A stretch of 64,000 nucleotides of DNA. Origin: Gammaproteobacteria bacterium (GTDB taxonomy: Bacteria > Pseudomonadota > Gammaproteobacteria > DASZBR01). The stretch is from NCBI GenBank assembly GCA_033763845.1, contig JANRJR010000016.1:7568-71567 (forward strand). Direction: 5' to 3'. The notes beneath the pieces are model-generated. The model saw only the letters and a program-made list of their open reading frames with translations, made no database searches and was not told the DNA's origin. The position numbers and the translations under genes were made by a program. Shown piece by piece: positions 1-9,896 of this stretch (positions are counted from its first letter, which is position 1; each line of letters starts with the position of its first letter).

Positions 1-113
1 TACTAGATGAAATGGACAACATCGCTAAGGCCGCACACAGAGAAGTAGAGTAGTCCCTCTAATTGCCCTAATAATTCCCACGTTTTTCTTCTGAGATAAA
101 TGAGAACATCTTT

Positions 114-1925
114 ATGCAACGTATTACGCTATTAAATCCGCAATTGGCGAATCAAATCGCTGCCGGTGAAGTTATTGAACGCCCTGCGTCGGTTATCAAA
201 GAATTAGTCGAAAACAGTTTAGACGCAGCCGCAACACGCATTGATGTCGAAATCGAACAAGGCGGCACCGGATTAATTCGCATTCGCGATGACGGATACG
301 GCATTCATAAAGATGATTTAATTTTGGCGCTAAGTCGACACGCGACCAGCAAAATCGGTTCGCTGGATGATCTCGAACACATTGCAAGCTTTGGATTTCG
401 CGGCGAAGCCTTAGCCAGTATCAGTTCCGTTTCCCGATTTAAACTATCGTCACGCACAGAAGATCAATCGCATGGCTGGCAAGTGGAAATTCACGGTCGT
501 GAACCGGAAGTGTCACATACACCTATCGCACATCCAGTAGGAACCACCATTGAAGTACGGGATATTTTTTACAACACACCCGCGCGTCGCAAATTTTTAA
601 AATCCGAACAAACCGAATTTAACCATATCCAAGAAGTGGTTCGACGCATTGGCATGAGTGTTTTTAACACTAGCTTGAATTTAAAACACAATCAAAAATT
701 AATTTTACAATTACCTGTTGCAAAAACTTTAGACGACAAAGCTGAACGTATTGCGAAAATTTGTGGTCGTGAATTTATCGAACAGTCATTATATTTGGAT
801 ACTGAAAATCAAGACATGCAATTATCTGGATGGTTTGGTTTGCCCACGTTTTCACGCTCCCAAACTGACTTGCAATATATTTATATAAACGGCCGAATGG
901 TTCGCGATAAAGTCATTGCACAAGCCGTTCGACAAGCGTATCACGATGTTTTATTTGGCGGTCGACAACCTGCCTATGTTTTATATTTACAGTGCGATCC
1001 CGCAAATATTGATGTAAACGTACATCCGGCCAAAAACGAAGTGCGGTTTCGTGACAGCCGCATGATATTTGATTTTATTTTTCGTTCGGTACAGCGATTA
1101 TTAAAAGAAACCAAGCCAACATCCTCGGCAATTCCCACAGCTGAACCAACGTTCCAACCAACATTTAATAATCGCCCGCAACAATCCCAAATAGATTTAT
1201 ACAAAACATTAATTTCATCTCCGACAGTAGAAACCATTTCAGAAATCACACCATCTATTGTGGAATCGACAAATCGCATTATCGACAAAGCAAAATACAC
1301 GGCAAATCATATTCAACCTGCCCCTCCTCCACCCGAACCTTCGCATGCACTGGGTTTTGCGTTAGCGCAACTTAAAGGCGTTTATATTTTGGCACAAAAC
1401 GAAAAAGGCCTAGTGTTAGTCGATATGCATGCGGCACATGAACGAATTGGTTATGAAAAACTTAAACAACAATTTGATACGAAAAATATTCTCACTCAAA
1501 ATTTATTAATTCCAGTAGCCGTCTCAGTGAATGAAACTGACGCGGAGTTTATCGATCAACAAAAAAATCTATTTGAATCATTGGGATTTACAGTGGAACG
1601 GATAGGACCCGAAACCATTTCTGTTCGTACTGTCCCGTTATTACTTAAAAATGCGGATATTGCCGTATTAATTAAAGATCTGGCTTCTGATTTGAAAGAA
1701 CATCCAACAACCAACCGCATTCAAGAACGCATCTATGAGCTACTAGGAACGATGGCCTGTCATCAAGCCATACGCGCAAATCGTCAACTCACCATTCCCG
1801 AAATGAACGCTATTTTGCGACAAATGGAAGTCACGGATCACAGCAATCAATGTAATCATGGCAGACCCACGTGGACTGAATTATCATTGCAGGACTTAGA
1901 TAAGATATTTTTACGGGGACGATAG
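114..1925 (+). CDS. mutL: DNA mismatch repair protein MutL
   Basis: 603 aa. N-terminal GHKL ATPase motifs (LANQIAAGEVIERPASVIKELVENSLDA, DDGYGI). C-terminal dimerisation region. Synteny mutL-miaA. Confidence 0.95.
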   Translation: MQRITLLNPQLANQIAAGEVIERPASVIKELVENSLDAAATRIDVEIEQGGTGLIRIRDDGYGIHKDDLILALSRHATSKIGSLDDLEHIASFGFRGEALASISSVSRFKLSSRTEDQSHGWQVEIHGREPEVSHTPIAHPVGTTIEVRDIFYNTPARRKFLKSEQTEFNHIQEVVRRIGMSVFNTSLNLKHNQKLILQLPVAKTLDDKAERIAKICGREFIEQSLYLDTENQDMQLSGWFGLPTFSRSQTDLQYIYINGRMVRDKVIAQAVRQAYHDVLFGGRQPAYVLYLQCDPANIDVNVHPAKNEVRFRDSRMIFDFIFRSVQRLLKETKPTSSAIPTAEPTFQPTFNNRPQQSQIDLYKTLISSPTVETISEITPSIVESTNRIIDKAKYTANHIQPAPPPPEPSHALGFALAQLKGVYILAQNEKGLVLVDMHAAHERIGYEKLKQQFDTKNILTQNLLIPVAVSVNETDAEFIDQQKNLFESLGFTVERIGPETISVRTVPLLLKNADIAVLIKDLASDLKEHPTTNRIQERIYELLGTMACHQAIRANRQLTIPEMNAILRQMEVTDHSNQCNHGRPTWTELSLQDLDKIFLRGR

Positions 1926-1930
1926 TTTTA

Positions 1931-2833
1931 ATGAAAACAGTCGTATGCTTAATGGGTCCCACCGCCACTGGTAAAACTGATTTAGCCATTAAGCTCGCGA
2001 AAAAATTCCCGCTTGAATTAATCAGCGTTGATTCTGCGATGATTTATAAAGGCATGGATATTGGCTCAGCAAAACCTAAACAATTTCACCATCTCATCAA
2101 CATTCGAAATCCTGATCAAACCTATTCCGTTGGCAATTTTTGCAAAGATGCTGTAAGAATTATTAAAGATATTCATGCACGCAAGAAAATTCCGTTATTG
2201 GTTGGCGGTACAATGATGTATTTTCGTGCATTACAACAAGGTTTATCTGAATTACCGAATGCTGATCAAGCTATTCGAAAAATGATTCGTGAATTAGAAA
2301 ATCCCTATGAAAAACTGAGCGAAGTCGACCCTATAACAGCGAAACGATTGCATCCCAATGACATGCAACGTATTGAGCGCGCATTGGAAGTGTATGAAAT
2401 TACGGGAATCCCTTTAAGCGAATTCCATCAAACGCAAACACGCTATTTAGATAATTATAATGTTATTTCGATTGCACTAATTCCATCCGATCGCGAAAAA
2501 TTAAAACTACGCATTCAAAAACGATTTCAGAAAATGCTAAAACGCGGACTAGTCGGCGAAGTTAAAAAATTATTAACCTATAAAGATTATCCGGCCATGC
2601 GTTCGGTAGGCTATATAGAAACCATGGAATATCTACTAAAAAAGATTAATCGAAAAACGATGATTGAAAAAGCGACCATTGCAACACAACAATTAGCCAA
2701 ACGCCAATTAGTGTGGCTAAGATCGTGGCCAGACTTAACGGTGTTTGAGCCGGGGGAGAAAAATCTTACAGCTGATGTTTCTCGGCTTTTACAACGATAT
2801 ATCGAACAATTGAAAAAATCGTCGCCGCACTAA
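1931..2833 (+). CDS. miaA: tRNA dimethylallyltransferase
   Basis: 300 aa. P-loop GPTATGKT. Conserved MiaA N-terminus (ISVDSAMIYKGMDIGSAKP). Directly follows mutL as in many gammaproteobacteria. Confidence 0.93.
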   Translation: MKTVVCLMGPTATGKTDLAIKLAKKFPLELISVDSAMIYKGMDIGSAKPKQFHHLINIRNPDQTYSVGNFCKDAVRIIKDIHARKKIPLLVGGTMMYFRALQQGLSELPNADQAIRKMIRELENPYEKLSEVDPITAKRLHPNDMQRIERALEVYEITGIPLSEFHQTQTRYLDNYNVISIALIPSDREKLKLRIQKRFQKMLKRGLVGEVKKLLTYKDYPAMRSVGYIETMEYLLKKINRKTMIEKATIATQQLAKRQLVWLRSWPDLTVFEPGEKNLTADVSRLLQRYIEQLKKSSPH

Positions 2834-3278
2834 AAAAGATCAACGTCCATTCCGGAATATTTAATCCCAGCAAATGCCACGTTTGTTTTGCACAATCATC
2901 AGAACCTAAAAACAAAATTTGCAAAGTTTGTGTAACCGCCATGTTTTTAAACATATATTCCAAGGTCGGACTACACGTTGCCACTGCACCGACCGGTTGA
3001 AGTGTTAACCACACGTGACGGGCAGCAACAAACACGCCCAACAAACTAAATACCCCTAGAATAGCACTGTTAATTTTTTTACCGCGAATACTGGCCGGCG
3101 TAAACAAGGAATTAATTAAGAATATAAACCCAATAATCAATACAATAAGCCGTTGCACAACACATAACGGACACGGCAATAAACCTAAATACGTTTGCAA
3201 ATAGGCCGCAAAACTCAACAATGCCATGCAAAATAAAAACCCAAGAAAACTAATTCTGCGAGAATATAAAAAATTCAT
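2766..3278 (-). CDS. dsbB: disulfide bond formation protein B (DsbB-like)
   Basis: Polytopic membrane protein with CPLC redox pair in first periplasmic loop and a second Cys pair. Start placed at internal Met (MNFLY...) giving a 4-nt overlap with ruvX. The ORF track extends to 3299. Confidence 0.6.
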   Translation of the reverse strand: MNFLYSRRISFLGFLFCMALLSFAAYLQTYLGLLPCPLCVVQRLIVLIIGFIFLINSLFTPASIRGKKINSAILGVFSLLGVFVAARHVWLTLQPVGAVATCSPTLEYMFKNMAVTQTLQILFLGSDDCAKQTWHLLGLNIPEWTLIFFSAATIFSIVRYIVVKAEKHQL

Positions 3279-3709
3279 TTTGAATCTCCCATTAACCAAT
3301 CTTCCAAAATAATTTTGGCCGCGACACTATCAACCGGCCCTTTCTTTAACGCACGATATCCACCCTCTTCAAATACATTCGCTCGCGCTTCTACTGTCGA
3401 AAGACGCTCATCAATTTCATGAACCGGCAAACCATAACGCGATTTTAATTCGTTTGCAAAATGCTCCGCTAACTCCGTTAACGGCTGCGTCGAACCGTCC
3501 ATATTCAATGGCCGCCCTACAATTAATGCCATCGGCTTCCACTGCTGAATCAATTTTTGGATTTCATCCCACGGTGGTTCACCATTTTTAGCAAATAACG
3601 TTGTTAGAGGGTTTGCAGAATGCGTAATCGTTTGGCCTACCGCTACACCAATTTTTTTGAGCCCAAAATCAAAACCTAACACTGTTTGATTAGGCATGCC
3701 CTGCTTCAT
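3275..3709 (-). CDS. ruvX: Holliday junction resolvase-like RNase H-fold protein YqgF/RuvX
   Basis: 144 aa. N-terminal LGFDFGLKKIGVAVG motif typical of YqgF. Operon with yqgE. Confidence 0.85.
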   Translation of the reverse strand: MKQGMPNQTVLGFDFGLKKIGVAVGQTITHSANPLTTLFAKNGEPPWDEIQKLIQQWKPMALIVGRPLNMDGSTQPLTELAEHFANELKSRYGLPVHEIDERLSTVEARANVFEEGGYRALKKGPVDSVAAKIILEDWLMGDSK

Positions 3710-4262
3710 CCGACAAGTTCGTTAAATTAATACCTAATAAGGACAGCGAATCCGAATAACGTGACTCGAACGGAATATCAAACGTAATGGAAGAAACAGC
3801 AGGAATCGTCAGCCATGTGTTTGCTAAAATTTCTTGCTCGAGCTGACCCGGCTCCCATGCACAACATCCCAGCGCAACCAATACATCTTTCGGACCTTGA
3901 TGAATGGCCAACGCTTCAAGAATATCTTTAGACGTTGTGATAAAAATATCGTCGCCCGCTACTAACGTTGAGCGCCACGCACCACGAGGACGATGCACCA
4001 CAAATCCTCGCTCTTGATGAACCGGCCCACCAAATAACACTGGAATATGACGAACAACATCATCTTGAACATTGATTTTCATGTCAGACAAGACATCAGC
4101 TAAGGAAATCGTCGTAGGACGATTGATAATAATAGCCACCGCTCCATTTTCATTGTGTTCACATACAAACATCACCGTGTGATGATAGTTAGGATCTTCC
4201 ATCGAGGGCATCGCGATGAGAAAATGATTTTGGTAGTACGGATTTTCTTTGGCTGTCTTCAT
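3690..4262 (-). CDS. yqgE: YqgE/AlgH family protein (UPF0301)
   Basis: 190 aa. Conserved yqgE-yqgF gene pair. Family-typical HQERGFVVHRP region. Confidence 0.75.
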   Translation of the reverse strand: MKTAKENPYYQNHFLIAMPSMEDPNYHHTVMFVCEHNENGAVAIIINRPTTISLADVLSDMKINVQDDVVRHIPVLFGGPVHQERGFVVHRPRGAWRSTLVAGDDIFITTSKDILEALAIHQGPKDVLVALGCCAWEPGQLEQEILANTWLTIPAVSSITFDIPFESRYSDSLSLLGINLTNLSDEAGHA

Positions 4263-4336
4263 TAACGGGCATCATAACAGTCGTCGAGAATTGGTCAAGA
4301 ATATTATATGATTGCTCTTTTTTCAGTTGAGTAGCT

Positions 4337-5077
4337 ATGCAAAAGACAGCATTAATTACAGGTGGCGGTACAGGTTTAGGTCAAGCGATTGCAAAACAAC
4401 TCGCGGCAAAAAACCTTCGTGTCTATATCGTCGGCCGTCGACTTCAAAAACTGTGCGAAACCCAAGCGTTTTATCCAGACAATATCGCCTGCATTCGTGG
4501 CGATGTTAGCACTCCGGCAGGACGAAAATTTATCGCTAAAAAACTGGCCGATGTTCAGCTGGACTATTTAGTTCATAACGCAGCGATAGTGACACCAATT
4601 GTTCCTTTGCATCAAACTAGTTTAAAAGATTTCCGAAAAACACATGCAACCAATGTCGAAGGACCGTTATTTCTCACCCAGCTTTTATTTTCACAATTAA
4701 ATCCTGAAGCACGCATTCTTCACATCTCTTCTGATTGTGCCAAGATGCCGCTGGCACGTTGGACAACTTACTGCACATCAAAAGCAGCAATCTCAATGAT
4801 ATCGGGTTGTCTTAAAAAAGAATTGCTGGAAAAAAATATTTACGTCGGCTCTATCGATCCGGGCATGATGGATACACCCATGCAACGCTACATTTGCCAA
4901 GACGACGTTCAATTTCCCGAAAAATATTCACTCGAAGAATTAATCCGTGAAAAACTATTGTTAACTCCCGAATATTCTGCGAGTTTATGCGTCAAATTAT
5001 TGCTAGAATTCGCTCCTCATGCCTTTAGTCAACAAGAGTACTGCGCCTATGATGAAGCTCGCTTTTTGCCTGTTTAG
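4337..5077 (+). CDS. short-chain dehydrogenase/reductase (SDR) family oxidoreductase
   Basis: 246 aa. TGGGTGLG Rossmann motif. Catalytic Y-x3-K (YCTSK). Divergent from yqgE. Confidence 0.8.
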   Translation: MQKTALITGGGTGLGQAIAKQLAAKNLRVYIVGRRLQKLCETQAFYPDNIACIRGDVSTPAGRKFIAKKLADVQLDYLVHNAAIVTPIVPLHQTSLKDFRKTHATNVEGPLFLTQLLFSQLNPEARILHISSDCAKMPLARWTTYCTSKAAISMISGCLKKELLEKNIYVGSIDPGMMDTPMQRYICQDDVQFPEKYSLEELIREKLLLTPEYSASLCVKLLLEFAPHAFSQQEYCAYDEARFLPV

Positions 5078-6140
5078 GTATTACCCCTACGGTGGACTTG
5101 AGCGCGATTTTCTCCAAATAGCTAAAATGTGTCTTGCGCGAGGACATGAAATACATGTTTTCACTATGAGCTGGGAAGGTGAAATTCCCAATGGGTTTCA
5201 CGTGAATTTAATTAAACCCTTCGGATTTTCCAATGCAGGTCGCGCAAAATCATTTGCCAACCACGTTTCTCGTTATCTTAAAAAACAAAAATTTGATCGA
5301 GTGATTGGTTTTAATCGCATGCCAAATCTGGATTTTTATTTCGCCGGCGATCCCTGTTTTGCAAAAACAGCCCATGAAAAACATCCTGTATTATTTAAAT
5401 TACTACCACGCTATAGAATTTATGCTAGTCTTGAAAACAGCATATTTTCAGCCGAATCAAAAACACAAATTTTATTATTAAATCCCAGCCATCTTGATAT
5501 CTTTCGTGAACATTACAAAACACCCAAAAAACGCTTTACGTTATTAGCTCCAGGCATAAGTGAAGATCGTCGCCGCCCACTAAACCAAACAGAAATTCGC
5601 GAGCAATTTCGAAAGAAACACGATGTTCCTGCAAACGATAAAATTATTCTCATGGTAGGTTCTGATTTCAAACGTAAAGGTGTCGATCGTGCTTTACTCG
5701 CCTTTGATGCATTGCCTGATAACCTCAAAGATTCGACCCGCTTATGGATAATAGGGCAAGGGCAACCAATCACACATCCTCGCGTCACTTACTGGGGCAC
5801 ACGAGATGATATCGTTAATTTCTATGCTACCGCAGATTGTTTGTTACACGTAGCATACCAAGAAACGGCAGGAATGGTATTACTGGAATCACTGGCAGCA
5901 GGATTACCCGTTATCGTCACGCAAAATTGCGGTTATGCGCCGTATATTCAAAAAGCCAGTGCAGGCATGATTGTGCCTGAACCCTTTTCGCAAGAAACCT
6001 TAAATCAAATTTTAGCAAAAGTATTATCCGAAGAAGATGTTTTAGCCGATTACCGTCAAAACGCATTAAATTTCTGCAAAACACATAATTTATTTCATTT
6101 TGCGATTCAAATCGCCATGATCATCGAAGGAAAAACCTAA
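5049..6140 (+). CDS. waaG: LPS core glucosyltransferase I-like GT1 glycosyltransferase (WaaG-like)
   Basis: Near-colinear with recalled E. coli WaaG (LAFCL..Y.P.GGL.RDF..IA, GSDF.RKGVDR, E..G.VLLE...AGLPV, EPFSQE). Start at MMKLAF (5049) inside ORF-track frame 5019. Confidence 0.8.
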   Translation: MMKLAFCLFRYYPYGGLERDFLQIAKMCLARGHEIHVFTMSWEGEIPNGFHVNLIKPFGFSNAGRAKSFANHVSRYLKKQKFDRVIGFNRMPNLDFYFAGDPCFAKTAHEKHPVLFKLLPRYRIYASLENSIFSAESKTQILLLNPSHLDIFREHYKTPKKRFTLLAPGISEDRRRPLNQTEIREQFRKKHDVPANDKIILMVGSDFKRKGVDRALLAFDALPDNLKDSTRLWIIGQGQPITHPRVTYWGTRDDIVNFYATADCLLHVAYQETAGMVLLESLAAGLPVIVTQNCGYAPYIQKASAGMIVPEPFSQETLNQILAKVLSEEDVLADYRQNALNFCKTHNLFHFAIQIAMIIEGKT

Positions 6141-7511
6141 ATGCAAAAACGCTATTTACTTCCTTTAGCTATTTTCATCAATCTTTTATTGTCTTACTTA
6201 ATGCTGTTATATAACCAACCCATTAATTCTGATGGGATATTGTATATTAATACGGCCAAAGCATTTTTAGCTGGTGGATTTCATTCTGCATCTGGAACAT
6301 ACAACTGGCCTTTTTATTCCATAATACTTGCGGAATTTGTTTCGCTCTCTCATTTATCCTTTTTAGCATCGGGATTTATTTTAAATAGCTTATTTACCAG
6401 CATGCTAATAGTTTTTTTTATATTATCGTCAGAATTGCTCGAAAATACTTCAAAAGTGTTACCTTGGGCTGCAGCCATTATTTTATTATTTCCCGAACTC
6501 AATCATGACAGATATAATATTTTGCGGGACATCCCCTATTACGCTTTATTTATATTCTCCTTATGGTCATACTTAAAATATATACAAACCGAAAAATTCT
6601 CTTACGCAGTTTTATGGCAAATTGCCATACTCTCAGCGACATTATTCAGGATAGAAGGTGCGGTTTTTTTACTCGCTACGCCTCTCTTAACTTTTTTGAT
6701 TCCTGCATATTCTATTACACAAAAATTTATGCGGGCTTTAAAACTGTATTCACTGACGATTGTTTTAGGCGTGAGTGGAATAATACTTTTCAGTCACTTT
6801 TTAAACTTTGGTCGAATTCCTGAATTATTCAGCTATTTAAATCCGAACGAACTATTCAATGTTTTTCAAACACAAAGCAATGCTCTCAAACCAGCCATTG
6901 GCGTGTTAGGACAAAATAATTCGGGAATATTCTTAATTGGTGGATTAATTAGCGTATTTGCGCATTCTTTCTTAACGACATTGGGAATATCCAGTTTTTT
7001 ATTAATTTATGGCATATATGCAAAATTATTACCCCAGAATAAATCCGCCATATACAGCCTGATTATTTATATCTTTATTAATTTAGCGGTTTTATTAGCA
7101 TTTTCTTTACATAATCTTTTTATGAATTGGCGTTACACCGTTCCACTCGTATTAACTTGTTTATTATTTGTACCAGGGATGGTGGAAAAATTGCCTAAAA
7201 CCGGAATAAAAATACTCTTTTGTCTTTACCTTGCCGCAGCTAGTTTTATTCCGTTTGGAACATCTAATGCGTATCTAGTGAAAGCAGGACAATGGATCGA
7301 TTTAAATACACCCAGCGATACGATAATTTATTCAAACAGTGATTTGTTGATTTTTTACGCGGATCGCACAGCCGTGACGAACCCCAAAAAAGCAGATTAT
7401 GTTTTAATTCAAAGCAAAATACTTTCGCCAACCGCATTACCCAAAAACCAATTACCTGTCATCAATTTTAAAAATAGACGGGGTGATGGAGCGTACATCT
7501 TTAAAAAATAG
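6141..7511 (+). CDS. polytopic membrane glycosyltransferase, GT39/ArnT-like (putative LPS/glycan modification)
   Basis: 456 aa with at least 10 predicted TM helices. N-terminal region resembles ArnT/PMT-family transferases. Adjacent to waaG-like gene. Confidence 0.45.
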   Translation: MQKRYLLPLAIFINLLLSYLMLLYNQPINSDGILYINTAKAFLAGGFHSASGTYNWPFYSIILAEFVSLSHLSFLASGFILNSLFTSMLIVFFILSSELLENTSKVLPWAAAIILLFPELNHDRYNILRDIPYYALFIFSLWSYLKYIQTEKFSYAVLWQIAILSATLFRIEGAVFLLATPLLTFLIPAYSITQKFMRALKLYSLTIVLGVSGIILFSHFLNFGRIPELFSYLNPNELFNVFQTQSNALKPAIGVLGQNNSGIFLIGGLISVFAHSFLTTLGISSFLLIYGIYAKLLPQNKSAIYSLIIYIFINLAVLLAFSLHNLFMNWRYTVPLVLTCLLFVPGMVEKLPKTGIKILFCLYLAAASFIPFGTSNAYLVKAGQWIDLNTPSDTIIYSNSDLLIFYADRTAVTNPKKADYVLIQSKILSPTALPKNQLPVINFKNRRGDGAYIFKK

Positions 7512-9804
7512 GCTCGCCAGAATCTGAAGAGCTTCCCGTTCCTGCAGGACCCGATTCATCCGGAGCGGTTTGCGTCGGAACCGTTTCTTTTGTGAAATAT
7601 TCATTTATGGCATCTTCTTGTCCGGAACGTGCCAATAATCCTGTCGCTGGGTCAATCAGGACCATCGTAATATCCGTCGGTTGTTGCACAGAATTTTCAG
7701 GCACTCCTTGTAGGGCATTTTTCATAAAATCGATCCAAATCGGTAATGCTGCGGATGCACCTTGTTCATGGGTAGGCTTAGGCTGATCAAACCCCAACCA
7801 TGCAATCGCAACAATATTACTGTTAAAACCATCAAACCACGTATCAACACCACCATTTGTAGTGCCCGTCTTTCCGGCTAAATCTAATCGACCTAATGAT
7901 CGTGCCGCGCCACCTGTTCCACTTTGGATCACACTTTTCATTGCATTCACAATTAAAAAATCAACTTCGGGTGAAATAACAGGCGCGGCCTGCGCAGGTG
8001 CTTTGTATTGAAAAATAACTTTTCCTGTTGCATCTTGCACTTGTTGTAACAAATAAGGATTTACGCGATACCCACCGTTCGCAAATACCGCATAACCATT
8101 TGCCATTTGTAACGGTGTAACATCTGCAGATCCCAACGCCATCGTTAAATTTTGTGGAAGTTGTGCCGGCGTAAAACCAAATTGTGAAATAAATTTTGTC
8201 GCGTAATCAATGCCAACGGACTGTAAAACACGAATCGACACAAGATTTAATGACTGCGCTAACGCAACACGTAAACGCGTAGGGCCGTTAAAATTACGCT
8301 CAGCGTTTTCGGGACGCCACTCACCGTCATCAGCACTGGGATCTGAAAATGCTAACGGCGCATCATTAAATAAACTCGCCAAGGTGTAACCTTTATTTAA
8401 GGCTGCGGAATATAAAAACGGCTTGAAACTTGAACCCGGTTGACGTTGCGCTTGTGTGACACGATTAAAATTACTTAAACGATAACTGAATCCACCCACC
8501 AATGATGTGATTCCACCCGTTGATGGATCCAACGAAACAAATGCCGCTTGTGCTTCAGGAATTTGCGCTAATTGAAAACCCGTACCAACTGGATTTAACC
8601 AAATCACATCACCAACTTTTACCACTGCATCAATAGATTTTTTGCGTGTCCATGTCATCGCTGACCATGGAAGTACCGTCGATTGTCCATTCGATAAATA
8701 AACCGTTGCTTTGGACGTATCCACGCCCAATACAATTCCCGGCACTAATCCATTCGCATCGGGAATTAATCTTAAATATTTTTGCAGCGCGGGTAACGGT
8801 GTTTTATTTACATCTTTTAAATTAGTCACGGGTCCGCGATAACCATGACGTTGATCAAACGCTAACAATCCTTTTCGCAATGCATTATTAGCATACACTT
8901 GATATTGGCTATTTATTGTCGTGTAAACACGATAAGACTGGGTAAATGCTTGGTCACCGTACGTGTCTTGCATCATTTGCACAACCATTGCACCAACATA
9001 TGGCGCTTTCACTTCAACCGGTCGCCCATGATAGCTTGCATCTAGCGGTGTATTTACAGCACTTTCATATTGCGCCTTTGTAATATATTTTTGATCGTAC
9101 ATTCGCCACAACACATGATCCCGTCGGTCTTTTGCAGCGGCAGGATTCGTAATCGGGTTAATTGCTGAGGGGGCTTGAGGCAATCCTGCTAACATCGCCA
9201 TTTCAGGCAACGTTAATTGATCTAGCGTTTTTCCGTAATATGCTTGTGCAGCAGCAGCAACACCATAGGCCTGCTGTCCGAAATAAATTTTATTCAGATA
9301 TAGTTCTAGAATTTTATCTTTCGGTAATTCGCGATCGATTTTAAGCGCGAGCAACATTTCTTGGAATTTTCGTGTGAACGTTTTTTGGCGCGTCAAATAA
9401 AAATTGCGTGCCACTTGCATCGTAATGGTACTCGCACCTTCCGATTTTGTTCCTGTTGCAATAAGATTGATCACTGCACGAGCCAACCCTCTAAAGTCAA
9501 CACCAGAATGTTCATAAAAACGCTGATCTTCTGTTGCAATTAATGCTTTAACCAATAAAGGCGGAATTTGATCAAAACTCACGGGCGCACGACGGATAGG
9601 ACCAAACTCACCAATTAATTTTCCGTCACTGGTATACACGTCGAGAGGGACTTGAAGTTGAATCGTTTTTAATTCGGATACATCAGGTAACTGACTTTCT
9701 AAATAAACGTAACCCAGTGCAACGATAATAAACCCTGAAAAAGCGAGACTGGCAAAAAAAGACATAAGCCTTGGAATGCGTGACATATATAAGGTAAGCC
9801 TCAC
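7501..9804 (-). CDS. mrcA: penicillin-binding protein 1A (bifunctional transglycosylase/transpeptidase)
   Basis: 767 aa. N-terminal TM. GT51 motifs (EDQRFYEHSGVD, RKFQE). Transpeptidase motifs SSFKP, SLN, KTGT. Classic divergent arrangement with the pilM-Q cluster. Confidence 0.93.
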   Translation of the reverse strand: MRLTLYMSRIPRLMSFFASLAFSGFIIVALGYVYLESQLPDVSELKTIQLQVPLDVYTSDGKLIGEFGPIRRAPVSFDQIPPLLVKALIATEDQRFYEHSGVDFRGLARAVINLIATGTKSEGASTITMQVARNFYLTRQKTFTRKFQEMLLALKIDRELPKDKILELYLNKIYFGQQAYGVAAAAQAYYGKTLDQLTLPEMAMLAGLPQAPSAINPITNPAAAKDRRDHVLWRMYDQKYITKAQYESAVNTPLDASYHGRPVEVKAPYVGAMVVQMMQDTYGDQAFTQSYRVYTTINSQYQVYANNALRKGLLAFDQRHGYRGPVTNLKDVNKTPLPALQKYLRLIPDANGLVPGIVLGVDTSKATVYLSNGQSTVLPWSAMTWTRKKSIDAVVKVGDVIWLNPVGTGFQLAQIPEAQAAFVSLDPSTGGITSLVGGFSYRLSNFNRVTQAQRQPGSSFKPFLYSAALNKGYTLASLFNDAPLAFSDPSADDGEWRPENAERNFNGPTRLRVALAQSLNLVSIRVLQSVGIDYATKFISQFGFTPAQLPQNLTMALGSADVTPLQMANGYAVFANGGYRVNPYLLQQVQDATGKVIFQYKAPAQAAPVISPEVDFLIVNAMKSVIQSGTGGAARSLGRLDLAGKTGTTNGGVDTWFDGFNSNIVAIAWLGFDQPKPTHEQGASAALPIWIDFMKNALQGVPENSVQQPTDITMVLIDPATGLLARSGQEDAINEYFTKETVPTQTAPDESGPAGTGSSSDSGEPIF

Positions 9805-9896
9805 TGGTTTATAGAGAACGCCAGTATAAAGATCTTGGGGCTATCGTGCAAAAGGTGATACGCTTTAGTTTCATCAATAATTAAAGTGAGATTAGT

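Noticed and set aside
1-53. Possible 3' end of an upstream CDS (frame ...LDEMDNIAKAAHREVE*).
   Set aside because: At 17 codons it is too short to identify or support.
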